Source of the DNA: Gnetum montanum
Taxonomy: Eukaryota; Plantae; Gnetophyta
Length of the DNA: 64,000 nt
Reading direction: 5' to 3'
NCBI GenBank assembly: GCA_015680685.1
Contig: MNCI01001451.1
Coordinates: forward strand, 424,723-488,722
Position 1 is the first letter of the stretch; each line of letters opens with the position of its first letter. The notes below the pieces were generated by a model, which searched no databases, had not been told where the DNA came from, and saw only the letters and a list, made by a program, of their open reading frames with translations. This document shows, in pieces, positions 23,256 to 36,779 of the stretch. The position numbers and the translations under genes are program-made.

Positions 23256-26046
23256 TGGCAGGTTGGAGAGTCCCTTGGCTATAGCATCTACCTCTTCTAG
23301 GGCTAGGTTTTTTTCTTGTAGATGCTCTTCACTTGAACATCTTGGACAAACAATGACAAAAATTTGCAATTCTCCTTTACCCTCCTTGCAACTGCACTGC
23401 TTCTTGGTGAGTTTTCGCCAAACCAAGCTGAGGATGAATGGGATTGAAGTAAAAATTGATGAGAAAGATTTGATTCCAAGAGTTGCCTATTGGAGATGAG
23501 CTAGAAAAATTGATTTCAATAAAATTGTAATGTGAAAAGTACTCCAAACTTATGTATTGGAAATCTAAACACCCTACCCAAAACACCCATATAACTCCCA
23601 CATGACTCCATGTTTACAATTGGAAAGTGGGAACTACATTGGGTTAGTGGAAAAAATTAATGTATAATAACAATTTAAATTTGGATGGGCCCCACTAGGT
23701 GCCTCCTAAATACACCAATAAAAATTTTCATACACTAGGATTTAGGCATTTCAACAAGAACTACATTGGGATTAATTTCCAAATAAGCCTGGAATGGGTT
23801 CCAAGCTTCAACCACTATCAAAACACACCTCCTAGCCATCCATCCATAACATGTTAAAGCCAGTAAATCCTCATTCTAAAATTGGAAATTGTATGTTGAT
23901 GTTAGAAGGTCCCAAGCATCAAGGAAAGTCAAACCTCATAGCAAAATAAGCTATTTTAAGCTTTTAATTGATACCAAAATGATCACACAAGTTCCAAACC
24001 TTAGCTAGAGCCTTTGGAAGCTCCAAAACCTTCTAGAAATTGTTGAAAATGTTAAAAATCATTGATTTTGGAGGAACTACAATGAAGGGCATTAGAACTA
24101 AGCTAGCCAACATAGTTCTAGTGTAGTTTGCTAAGGTTTGGCTATCAAATGGATCAAAAAATCTTCAAAGTGATACATCCTAACCTTTACACCTCCCTAG
24201 AATCTCTAGTAATTTTGAAATGCCAAAGAACAAGACAAAGACAAGACAAAACTCATTTGAACCTTGAAATTACACTTGGGAATCCTAGAACTACATTGGC
24301 CAGTGTAGTCCTAGTGTATTTCCTATATGAAAAGCAAATAATAGGCAATTAACATGTCATATTAACCTCCAAATGCATCATCTTAACCTAAAATCTACTG
24401 GAGCCTTTAGAGATTAGCAAATCCTAGAAACTAAGTTGAAAATAGCCAGAATTCATCATCTTCTCCATAATCACATTAGGGCTATGTTGGCTAATGTAGT
24501 GTAAGGGGGATGGCCATGTCAAGACATGAACAAGCTTTATAATCAATAATTTTAGGCCTAAACCCTAACCATGGACATTGGTAACCTTGGGAACCTAAAA
24601 ACTTGGTTGATTGACCATCAAAACTAAGAAAAAGCTAAGATTCATATGCAACTACATTGGCGTAGATCAAAACTACATTAGCTAGCATAGTTCCAACACA
24701 GTTCTGGTTCCAAGGATAGTTTACTTTCATCATAGCATTCGCAATGGCCTAAAACTTAACTGGGAAAGCGTAGAGCTAGCTACTATTTGACGTTGTTTTA
24801 ACTATGAAAAGATCAAGTTTTATCAAACAACACTAGGACCACCCTGAACTATGCTGGCCAATGTAGTTCTAGGATTCAAGGGTCCAAAATTCACTTTCAA
24901 TTACTTGTTTTATCCTTGGAGTGATAGGTTTACAACCTTCATGTCCCTACACTACCCTAGGAAGCTGATGGAACACAAATTTCAATCTTGAGACATCACA
25001 ATCAAATTTTCCCATGTAATTATGCTGGAACCATGTTGGCTAGTGTAGTCTCTAGTCCTTAATAATATTTGGGGCTTCTAGAGGATCAAAATAATGACAA
25101 AGTTGACCAATCTTCACTTCCAATCCATTGCATTATCTACTTAGACCACTAGAATCCCAAAACTGGTCATAAAAAATCTTGAAACTCATATTTTACCAAG
25201 AACTATGCTAGGGCTTACTAGAACCAAACTGGTCAGTGTAGTTCTAATGTTGCTCTAGTGTAGTTCCAAAAAGGGATCTTATTTTTTTCTTCAAATTGAA
25301 TTAAGATGACCTTTGCAAGTGTCTAAACTTCCTCATCAACCTTGTAGCCTTTCACCATGGCCTGCTAAGGTCTAAAACTAACAAAATGTGATCCTAATTA
25401 ACCAATATTAACCATGTTTTATCACATGTTATCCACCTTGACTGGTTTAGCCTTGTTTCATTGTGTTTTGACTAGTTTTGACCATGCTATACACTATTGA
25501 CCTTCATTGTCATATAATTTGGTGTTATTAGGCTTCATTATTAGCATTTTCATATCATTTGGCCTTGTTACACCACATGTTTCTATCATTTGGCACCATT
25601 TGACCCTTAGTTGACTTAATTTGACATTAGTTCATGTCATTGGATAGTAGCATGGCATTGTTCAATCTTGCTTGAGGTCATTTGATGGGGATTCAACCCT
25701 CATTTGATCTCATTCCATGTCATTTTGCCTTTATTTCACCTTGTTCACCTTATCTCATCTCTTATGACCTTTGTTTATCATGTTTTGACCTTATTTAACA
25801 TCATTGGATGAAGTTCAAACATCGTTTGGCCTTCATTTGATCTCATTCAACCATCATTTGGCCTTCATTTGATCTTGTGTTACATCATTTAGCATTTGTT
25901 TCATCTTATTTGTCTTAACATGCCTCTTAAAACTTTGGTTGTCTTAGCTTTAACCTTGTTTGATCACTAATGTAATTTTCTTTGACCCATCTATGCATTA
26001 TCATGAAAGAACATTTTTGAGATTATTTTCTCATTTTATCACATAG

Positions 26047-29000
26047 GTGATGCTTGATGTGCTTATGGTTGATTTGCAGAATTGGAGTATGGATACCTAG
26101 ATGTAGTTTAGTCTATCTCTTAGCCTAAGTGGACCTCATGGTAAGGTTGAATGATTCATTGACCTCAATTACTTAGATCTTGAGCCTAAGAGCCTAATCA
26201 ACCACATATCCTCTATAGAAAAGCCTCTCAAATGGCCTAAAAACCTAGTTAAAACCTTTGACCTTGAGGCTGGTGACATTATTGAAGACTCTCTAGTTAA
26301 GGTTCCTATCATGACACACAATGGTGAGGAGAAAACATTGAAATTAAGTTCCTCACTGCAACCTTAGTAGGCTCAAGGCATCGCTAGGGTCCTCTAACAC
26401 AACAGTAAGACCTGTGCCTAGTCATATGAAGATATGATAGGTCTTGACCCATGTCTAGTGCAACATAACATCATACTCAATCCTTGTATTAAACTAGTTA
26501 AGTAAAAGGTTCATAAGATTAGATCAAATTTATCCCTGGTAGTTTGTCATAAGATCATGAAACTATATAAAGTTGGTTTCATTCAAGTTATTGATTATGC
26601 CAATTGAATGTTCAACATGTTGGTAGTCCCTAAGAAAAAAAAAGAGTGTATGCATTTTCATTGATTCTTGATACCTAAATAAGGCAACTACTAGAGATGA
26701 TTTCCCTTTGTCTAGCATTGACCAACTTATCGATACTACAACTAGACATGCCTTGTTATCCTTCATGGATGGGTTCTTGGGATATAACCAAGTTAGGATT
26801 AACCTAGAGCATCAGCTTTGTATGACCTTCATGAGCTGTTAGGGAATCTTTTGTTACACTACGATGCATTTTTGTCTAAAGAATGTAAGAACAACCTATC
26901 AACAAGACATGATGTATATCTTTAGTGATTACATGCTAGGGTTACTTAATGAATATGTAGGTAACATAGCCATTAAATCTAAAATGACCAATGACCACAC
27001 ACATGATCTTGACTTAGTGCTTAAATGATGTCTCAAATATGAACTTAGGCTCAATCCTAAGAAGTATGTCTTTGGTACCAAAAATGATAAGATGCTTGGC
27101 TTTATATTGTCTAAAGTAGGAATATGTGTTAATCTTGATAAGGTTAAGGCCATATCCAGCTTGGTAGTACCCAAAAAAATTAAGGCACTTCAAGGGCTAT
27201 AGGGTGAATTGAAATTTCTCTATAGGTTCATCTCAAGGCATGTAATAACCAAGTTGCTTGAGAAAGGATTTCACTATGAGTGGACAAATAAATGCCAAGA
27301 AGCCTTTGAAAACCTTAAGCAAGAGTTGGCACAACTACCTATGTTCTATCCACTACAAAAGGATAAATCTTTTTAGATCTACGTTACTATCTGTGACATG
27401 TCCATTGCCTCTTTACTCTGTCAAAAATGAGATGATGGAGTAGAGCTATAGGTATACTACCTAAGGCATGCATTAACTGCCTATGAGGCTTGATATACAC
27501 CAAAGTTGAGAAGTATTGTCTAGCCATAGTCTTCTCATTGAAGAAGTGGAGACACTACCTCTTTTGAAGCTAATTCAATGTCATATGCAAGGATAATGTT
27601 CTTAGAGCCATAATGATCAATATTTATGAAAGTAGTTGGACGGCTTGTTGGAAAGCCATAACAGTTAAGTTTGACCTATAGTACATCTCCTAAGCCTCAA
27701 CGAAAGGTCAAGCTATATTAGCACAACTCAAAACTTTCCTAGTTAAAGATCGTGTAATCATTGACCTTGAATTCCTTGATGAGCATGTTAACATTGTCAA
27801 TGAGGTACCTGAGGGCTATGAGGCTATCATGCACTTTGATAGACCTTCAACTATCCATGGGACCAATGTTGTTGCCATATTAACATCACCCTTAGGTGTA
27901 GTCCAACCCTTCACTTACCATTTTCAATTCCCACGCATCAACAATGTAGCGTAGTGTGAAGGGTTGATTAGGGGAATGATGGTAGCCCATGACCAATGAA
28001 TCAAATTCCTAATGATCAAAGGTGATTCATAACTTGTGGTTAACTAGGTGATAGAGGTTTATGCATGTAAAGCCAAACATTTGTAACTTTATTGTGACCT
28101 AGCTAAGAAACTAATGTAACAATTTACAAACGTTGGTATCCAACATATACCTTGAAGCAAGAATACCTTAGCTAATGTTATTACAACCTTAATTCTAAAT
28201 GTAACACCAAATGTGTTTAGTAAGTTACCTTAACCATGAACTATGCTATTTCCATCATGCAGGACATTGAAGATGTATCCATAGGCACTATTAATATTGC
28301 TCCTCAAAAGGAGTGGTATGACAATATTAAGTTTTACCTAATGCATGATGAATCTTCATAGAACATGAATGCTTCTTAAAAGGATGCTGTACGTAAAAGA
28401 TCAAAATAGTATGGTATTATAAGTGATAACACACTATGTCAATGATCTTATGATGGCATATTGTTAGTGTGCTTGGGCAAAATTGAAGCCCACATAGTCC
28501 TTGAGCAAGTTCATAGAAGTGGATGTGAAGGAAATGTATGACATAGAGCCATGGATGCAAAGATTAGATAACTAGGTTATTATTAGCCCTATATGGAAAG
28601 TGACTACCTGCAGAAAGCTAAAACTTGTGATACTTGTCAATGGCATAACAATTTGATACACATGCCACCAACTAAGTTATATACTACTTAGATAACTTAG
28701 CAATTTCAATAGTGGAAACTTGACATTATTGGATCTATAACATGTAAGTCTTCTGGAGGGCATAGCTTTATCATCATTGCAACCAAGTATTTTACAAAGT
28801 GGGTTGAAGCTATTTTTCTAAGGAAGATAATGTCTCAACAAGTCTATAAATTCATATTGGATACCATAGTAGCCTGTTTTGGCATACCTTTAACCATAGT
28901 CATAGATAATGGACCATAATTTAGTAGCCAAGAAACATAAGCCTTTTATCAACATCTAGGCATTGAACATTCCTTTTCATTTCCATACTATCCTCAAGCT

Positions 29001-29554
29001 AGTGGAGAAGCTAAAGCTAGCAACAAGTTCATCATAAACTTGCTTAAAAAGATGCTAAACAATAGCAGATGCAAGTGGCATGAGTGACTTGTTCATGCAC
29101 TTTGGACCTATATAACTACCTTTTGAACTAGAACTAGTGTGATCCCATATAGCTTATTTTATGGATCTAAAGCTATTTTGGCTTTTGAATTGTAGGTTCC
29201 ATCGCCAAGAGTGATTGTCTTTGACTACATCAATGATAAGTAGAACAAGGAGCTGTGTACCATGAATTTGGATTTGATTGAAGCGTGGTAGATACAAATG
29301 CTTGCTCACATCAAACAATACAGGAGAGGTAGAAGCAACAAGATTAGCGTGACCTAAACAAGTGAAAGATTAAGAAAGAAGACCTAGTCCTCAAGGTAGT
29401 TTGTAAGCATGTAGATAAGTTCTTAGTCAATTGGGAGGGGCCTTTCTAGATAACTAAAGCCTATGGCAATAGAGCCTTCAAAGTAGTAGACATAAATGAA
29501 AATGAATTGGCTAACCCCATCAACCATTTGTATCTCAAGTCTTATTACATTTAA
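26047..29554 (+). pseudogene. Element D pol: RT, RNase H, archaeal-type RNase H, integrase; degenerate
   Basis: RT: SYEDMIGLDP, LNKATTRDDFPL, FMDGFLGYNQ. aRH: MHFD...NNVA*CEGLI...GDS*LVVN. INT: LDIIG...YFTKWVEA, FGIP...DNG, PYYPQASG, NWEGPF. Stop at 29552-29554. Confidence 0.93.
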
Positions 29555-30659
29555 CATGATCTTTTTTACAGGTGAATCAATAGTTGACATTGATGACCTT
29601 TAGAACCAATAGCAAGTGAGCTTGCATTATCTATCTCTTTCTCTATCTCTCTCTTTATTTAGCACAATGAATGAATTGCAAAACTTTGCAAATCTGATGC
29701 ACATTGCATAGATCTTTCTATGTTGTAATGATAGTAACGTATGGTGGCTTGATTTATTGGTTATCTTATGTAGCGCTATGCAATGTATTGTAATGACATG
29801 TTTTCTTTGTCTTTTTTCCTTATTCTCTTGGAGTTGTGCTTGCAAGATGAAGACTAGAAGTCATTAAAAAGATGCAAATCATTGTAGTAGCAAGTTATCA
29901 CATGACCTTGATGCATGAGATTTGGTTAGCTTATGCTTGTTTTACATCACTTTTGTTACCCCTTTCAAGCCATAGCCCTGTAGCCTAATTATAACCTTTC
30001 TTACCCTAAACAATAATGATGACCTATGATCAGCATTTGTGCATTATGGCCATGTGACATTTCTTCATTATGCTCTACCATCAAGTTCATTGGATGTAAC
30101 ACATCTCATTCAACAAGAAAATCAAGTTAAACTCGGCCTTGGTACTGAAACCCAATGAAGGTTTTACCCTACAAAAGAAAAAGAAAGAAAATAAAAAGAA
30201 AATGGAAAAGCAAATTGCTAAGAAGTTGAGAGGTTAATAAAGCCCAAGAGATAGATCAATGACTTCAAACATACAAAAGGAGAAGCCTAATGGCCAAAGA
30301 AGCATTGTAATGGAGTGTCAATTGCTCAAAAACATTACCAAGTGATGAGAAATTTGAAGCACAAAGCATGAAGACTATATTGATTGATTCAAAATGTCAT
30401 TGTCATAACCATAATCATGATATGAATATTTGAAACTTATTGTTAATCCTTGTGACCATTCCTTGGTAACCAAATATAACCTTTAGCTCATATCATCTCA
30501 TCATAACCTTATCTCATCATCACAAGCACTCTTCGGTATGGTTTTATAGCTACAGAATCAAGCACAGAGAGGAAATGTTGGTGATGGACCTATAGTGATG
30601 TTTGGTATTTGTTGATGTCTTTCGGGTCAATCTTCCAAAAATCAACAAAGAGGGGCCAA

Positions 30660-31373
30660 TGAAACACCACCAAGGAAATTCATGTTGCAAATTTTTGACA
30701 TTGTATCCTTCACCATTAAATGTGAGGCTGCAATTTTAGTGTAAAATGTGAGGTTTGTAACCCATGAGCTGCAATCTCACATACCTTAACTTTTTGTGGT
30801 TGAAAAATGCCTCATAAGTTGTTATAGCCTCACTTTCCAAGTGGAAAAAGTTATGTCATCTCTATATTTGGGCTTCAGAAGGCTGAAAATGTGTTGGAAA
30901 TTGTCAAATTTGGCATGTTCATGGTTTTTATGTTGGCCATAGCCAAAACTACGTTGGAACCACCTATACCCAATGTTGGAATTTTTGGGTTTTCATTTTC
31001 CCAACAAGGTCAATGTGGTTCTAGCAAGGATACCACCTACAGCTAGCTGAAGCAACTCCTTTTGCATTTGGGGTACACAATTTGTACACATTTTGAACTT
31101 GATATTTTGAATATTCTATTATTTCAATAAATTTTATAGTTCATTTTTTGTTCAAGTTTATTCCATGATTAATTTTTGTTATTTCTTTTAAATCAAATTT
31201 GTATTTTTATTTAAATTACTTACCCTCATTAGCACTCCCTAAGTCCCTGGGTGACCGACAAGATTATCTAGGATACCTTGGATCCTCTTTCTTAGAGGTC
31301 CTGAGGATCCAAGGTTAAATTTTTTCACATAGAATTTTTGGTTTTCTAGAAACTAAATTTTTTAGGTGTTACA
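30660..31373 (+). repeat. Element D 3' LTR, with an internal deletion of ~0.65 kb relative to the 5' LTR
   Basis: TGAAACACCACC...GGTGTTACA. The alignment jumps from ~14330 to ~14990 of the 5' LTR near position 31045. Confidence 0.9.
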
Positions 31374-31378
31374 ACTAC

Positions 31379-34300
31379 ATCTTCTTTTGTTCTATGTCTA
31401 CCAGATCCTTATCTTCCTCATCATTCAACTCAATGGAATGATTAGGATCAAGAAATGGTGGTAGATTAAGAGCCTAGTCATAATTTGCCATGAGTTTAAG
31501 CACATTAGAAGTCAAGTTGTAGTGAAGCTTCCATTTGGGATAGGCTACCTTATAATTTGTGAGGATAAGTTCACTAGAAAAAGATTGATTTTTGTGAGAT
31601 CTAGTAGCTTCTAGATTTTGGAGATAACTAAAGCAGATAATGAAGCCTTAGTAATAACTATAGAAATTCTATGATTTCACAATGCTATTAACAGTGTATC
31701 AACTTATGTTTGAAAATAGGTTTGCACTTGAAATAGAAGATGAAAGAATTCAGTTTCAAAGGAAATGTTGAGATCATAAAGTTTTGACATAACATTAAAA
31801 ATTTTAACATGACATGTCAAAAAGAATTATCAATAAAAGCTATCTAGAAAACAATATAGAAGTCATGGAGAAAAAATGATGTGGCATCTATGTGTTAATG
31901 TGACATCAATAGCACTTAGAAAAAAAGGAAAAAAATAGCAAAATATAAGAAAATGCTGTAACTACAAAAAATTTGGAATAGAGAACAATCCTAAAAAACA
32001 TTTAATTCTATAGAGGTCCTTCCTCTAGGGTTAAAGATGTTGTAGTAGGAATAGTCATAACAAATGGATACCAACACAACCTAATATAAAAATTGAGCTA
32101 GACAATTCATGATCATCAAATGGTTTAGGAAAACTAACTTTTTAGATAATCTTCCTTAAATCAAAAGGAAACTTGGGGATCAAAGGATGGATCCAACAAT
32201 CCAAGCTAGACATTTAACCAACATTAGCAAGTATTAAGCAAAAACATCATGTATATGAAACAAGCACTAGAAAATGCATAAATAGAGGAAAAACACAATA
32301 TAATGTAGATGTATGATTGGTAGTAGAGAAATGCACAAAAATAGTGTGAAGCAAATCTAGGAAAAACTAGATAAAAAGATCTAGAAATATAAAAGCCCAC
32401 ATTACAACAAAGAAAAGGGAGGCTGCAAAAAATATATTCTGAGACATGTACCAGAGATTAGAGGCATCTGACGAGAAGCTATGTTACCTTGTTCTTACTT
32501 TGATGAGTGCATTGATGTAGATCTAATAGAAATAGTAGCAAATTTAGTGGATGATAATTACAAAGAGGAGATTGAATCAGTGGGTTGACTTGATTTTTAG
32601 CAAATCTTCATGTATTAGGAGGATAGTATGAAGGAGATATAATATATCAGCAAGGAAAAGTGGAAAAGTAGAAAGAGAGCTAAAGTTGCTTAACCAATCT
32701 CTTAGAAGCAAAGCACTTGTTATCATAATATGAGTGCCAAATTCAAAAAGCCAACTAGATGGTTATAGATGTTAACCCCTTTAGATTTAGAGGTGTCTTC
32801 CTATATATATGTTAGAAATGCCTTGTAGACTATGTAGGAATGATGTAGTGAGGCCCATAGAATCTTTTGAAAACTTCTAGAAGGTCCTAGATAGGAGAAG
32901 TGATGCAAAGAGTAAATTTTGATGCTAGACATTGAAAGCTTGACATAAGACATTAAACGCTAGAGACAAAAGTTGATATTAGATGTAGAAAGTAATTTTG
33001 ATTCCAGACATTGTATATTTGACATAAGACATCAAAAATAACTTGAGACAATATGTTAGAAGCTAAATATGAAATTGACGCTAAAGGTGATGTTGAATGT
33101 TGAAACTGGGACTAGTGGTAAAATGATACTGTAGATGATGTGAGACATTGAAACTATAAGAGGGGCTAAAATGATTTGATACATGACACAAGACATCATT
33201 TCTAGTGAGTTGAAGATAGGATGCTAGAAACCATGGTACAAATTATGTGAGATGTTGAAACTAGACTACTAAAGATGGATTTAAGTGGAAGAAAGTTATT
33301 AGAATGTACTCAAATATCTAAATTAAGCTAAAAATACAAAGTAGGTACATCTAAAAAATTAAAGAATGAAAATTTTTCAAGTATTGGAGGTGATGTTGAT
33401 GTCGTATTAGTGTCACCCCTAATTCCTACCTATGTTACCTAAGATAAAGCTACTTATTACCCATGGTATTGACCCAAAAAAATATCAAATGGCTCATCTA
33501 TAATATTCTTATCATCATAGACATCAATTTTTGGCATTTTGGAAAGTTCATGCCAAGACCTTAAAAGACATAATTTTTCTAACTCTAGGTGATGTTGATG
33601 TTGATGCCAACATCAAAATTAGTGTCACCTATAGAAACTCTCTTAAAAAAACCATATTTGATGACATTTTGGGATTCTAAAAGTCTCTATTAATTGTTCC
33701 TAATCATTCTCAAAAGTATGGACTTCATTTTAATCACTTTTGATAGTATTTAGAGGACCCAAATTGAGGTGTTTTTAGCAAAGTAATGCTAAGCTAGCAT
33801 CAGGATCACCTATAGAAATATCCTCTAAAACACCATCTATGGTAGCATTTTTGGGTTTTATAGGCCCTTGGTGATGGTCCCTAACCATTTTCAAAAGGAT
33901 GAGCATTATTTTAGGTACTTTCGATAGCATTTGAAGGCCCAAACTAAGGTGTTTTTAGCTAAGTGATGCTAAGTAATGTTAAAGCTTATGTTAGCATTAT
34001 CATTAGCGTTACCTATAAAAACATCCTTGAAAACACCATCCATGTAATCATTTTATACTTATACAAGTCCTTCGTAATGTATCCGAACCATTCCTAGAAG
34101 GATTGGCCTCATTTGTAGCACTTTTAGCAAGATTTGGAAGCCCAAATTGAGGTGTTTTTACCTAAGTAATGCCAAGTGATGCTAAAGATAGCATCAAATT
34201 CACCTATAGAAACACCCTCAAAAACACCATTTTCAATAGAATATTTAGCTTTTATAGGCTTCTAGTGATGGCTTCCACACATCCCCAAAATAATGAACAT

Positions 34301-35363
34301 TAGTTTGAGCACTTTTAGCAACATTTAGGGGCCCAAACTAAGGTATTTTTTGACTAAGCAATGCTAAGTAATATTGAAGCTAGCATTGGTATGAAATGTA
34401 AAAACACCATTTTTAATAGATCTTAGGCATCTAAAAGCTCCTAATAATGGCTCCTAGACATTCTCAAAATGACATACATCAATTTGGGTAGTTTTAGCAA
34501 GCTTTGAAAGAGTTGAGATGGAAAATTTTTTAAAGTATCTTCCAGTGATGTTAGAAATTATTTATAAGTGTCATTGATGGATGCTAGAAAATTTCTCTAA
34601 TTATGGAATAAGAGGAAATTCATGCTAGCATTAGTGTTAGCATTAGTAGCTAGGTTAAAATTTTTCAGCTTATGGTTAGCACCAAAGTTAGAATTTTTCA
34701 ACAGTGTCAACACTAGAATTAGAATTTTTTAGCTTAGCATCAACACCAAAGTTAGAAATTTTTTAGCTCAACATTAATATTAGAGTTATATTTTTTTTAT
34801 TATCCTACTTCATCTCCAATCTCATCATTCAAATACTTCTCACCTCTAAAATCCAACATTTTGACTTTGTTCGACTCTTAATCTTTCCAACTACTAATTA
34901 ACATTTTTTCCAAGGTAACAAATGTTAATTTTGGTAGATATGGAGGTAGTTTTAAGGGCTAGGACTAAACCTTTTTCTAATTATGGTAGGTGGTATTGAT
35001 TCCAACATTATTCAATAATTGAGGTCATTTCCAAAGTCCACAAGCTCCTTGACATCCTAATAGCATAAATTGGCATCACTTTGAGTATTAGAAAGAGTAT
35101 TGAAGGCTTATAATTATAATTTGAAAAATGTTAAAATTTTTTTTAAGTCCTTGGTAACATCAACACCTAAAACATAAAAATATTTATAAGTAGTGGAAAA
35201 AGATGATACTAACACTAGTATCAATAGAAGAGTTCGAATTGTTTAGCTCAACATTAGCATCATAGATATAGTTTTTTCTATGTTAGCATTACCTCCTATG
35301 TAATCCTCATAATCCAATTTCCCAAGTCAAATATTTCAAGATTAAACTTCAAGTTAATTTCAC
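31379..35363 (-). mobile_element. Probable 5' region or LTR of element E; it resumes at ~52951-53350 beyond element F
   Basis: Joined to the minus-strand gag through element D's TSD. Its TTAGAATTTTTTAGC repeats (34620-35290) reappear at 53210-53290 on the other side of F. No clear PBS or LTR ends were found. Confidence 0.45.
33590..34520. repeat. About five degenerate tandem units of ~180-200 bp
   Basis: CACCTATAGAAA...AAAACACCAT...CCCAAA.T.AGGTGTTTTTA recurs at ~33626, 33807, 34010, 34201 and ~34395. Confidence 0.8.
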
Positions 35364-36594
35364 TAATAGGAATCCCACCAATTGTAACCAATGGAATTGT
35401 ATCATATGAAATGTCGTACCATCTAATCATAAGATTTGAAGATCATGTTGAGTGGATTTCCAGGAATACTTGTGTATGTTGTTCCATTCAATAAACATAA
35501 AAGATATTGTAATGCATATTATCTAATAAAAACCTATGTTGTAACATCAAAGAAATGTGAAAATATTTATAATTTTTACATATTTTATGAATATAAGAAT
35601 AAAGCAATAAATAATGCATACATGCATTGCAATTCCTTGTACGACTGATGCATTACATACAAATACACACACGTGTTATAATATCTTATGGGATATGTAC
35701 AACACCATATATGGAAAATAATAAATGAATCCTAATCACAACCATGATGGTTTAACATCATGCCATATAGATTTGACCTTCTTGGGTAAGGATGAATCAT
35801 TGTAGCTCAATACAATAGAAATGAAATGGAAATGGAATGAATATTTTTGTTTTTTTTATGTTTTAAGAAATGCATGTAATGAAACAAAGGGAAAACCTTG
35901 AGATTTATTCATGACATAAAAACTAGACTTTCCACCAACCAAATGGTTCTATACTACATAAGTAAGGTAATACTTTAATAGAGTATAGCTATAATTTTTG
36001 AAAGAGATGACTCAAAATATACATACAAAATAGAAATAAAATCAATGTACCCAATGAAGGAGGAGCTTTTCACATAAACTAGATGACAAAAGACCAAAAG
36101 AGTTACTAAGTTATCAATGATATGTATGCAAGCTCATGTTGAGTATTTATAGTTTTTGAAATATAATGGTGGAGGTTCATCAATGCTTGGGCATGAACGA
36201 AGTTCTATCTATGTAAATTTGACTAATCAAAGTATACTTTTGGTACTTAAGCCTAAACCTGGGAAAGCATGAGGGTGTGTCAATGTCCCTACATTGATGC
36301 AAGGATGTCAACACAACCCCTTAATAGCACATCACGCATTAGATCTAGATAAGACATGGGACCTAAGGGAACATGTTACAAGAATTGTAAGTACTTGAAA
36401 AAAATGCCAAAAATGTTCTAAGGAGCTTGAGACAAGTATGCAACTCAAAAGAATAATAGAAGAGGTAACGGTGCATGCTCAAGAGACATGTACCTTGACC
36501 AAACATCCTAGGACTACAAACATAAAACATATGAAATAGTTCTTAAGTATAGGGCTTATAATAAACTTACAAAATGTCACTAGACAACCCATCA
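35364..36594 (-). repeat. Element F 3' LTR
   Basis: Colinear with 51708-52945 over ~1.23 kb; both end in ...CATCA on the + strand. Confidence 0.85.
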
Positions 36595-36779
36595 TTTTCA
36601 CATGACTAAGTAAAACTAGTCCCAAAGATTTAACATGTCAAAACATAAAAATAAGGACTAGGCATATGAAAAGATCCATGTAGAGGAATTATAACTATAC
36701 AAAATAGACCATAACTATGTTACAACATATGTTACCTTATTGAGAAGTATTAGGGGATGCTAGCTAAGGAAAAATTGCC

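Larger units (their letters stand above)
13966..31373 (+). mobile_element. Element D: full-length degenerate Ty3/gypsy Tat-clade (Ogre/Retand-like) LTR retrotransposon
   Basis: LTRs 13966-15313 and 30660-31373. TSD CCTAC/ACTAC. PBS TGGTGCTAGAAGGAGG (tRNA-Asn-like) at 15319-15334. PPT AAAGAGGGGCCAA at 30647-30659. Domain order gag-PR-(6.4-kb spacer)-RT-RH-aRH-INT. Confidence 0.92.

Noticed and set aside
32380-32740. PBS and LTR boundary for element E
   Set aside because: Two weak tRNA-Lys-like candidates (~32396 and ~32725) were seen, but neither is followed by a clear LTR terminus.
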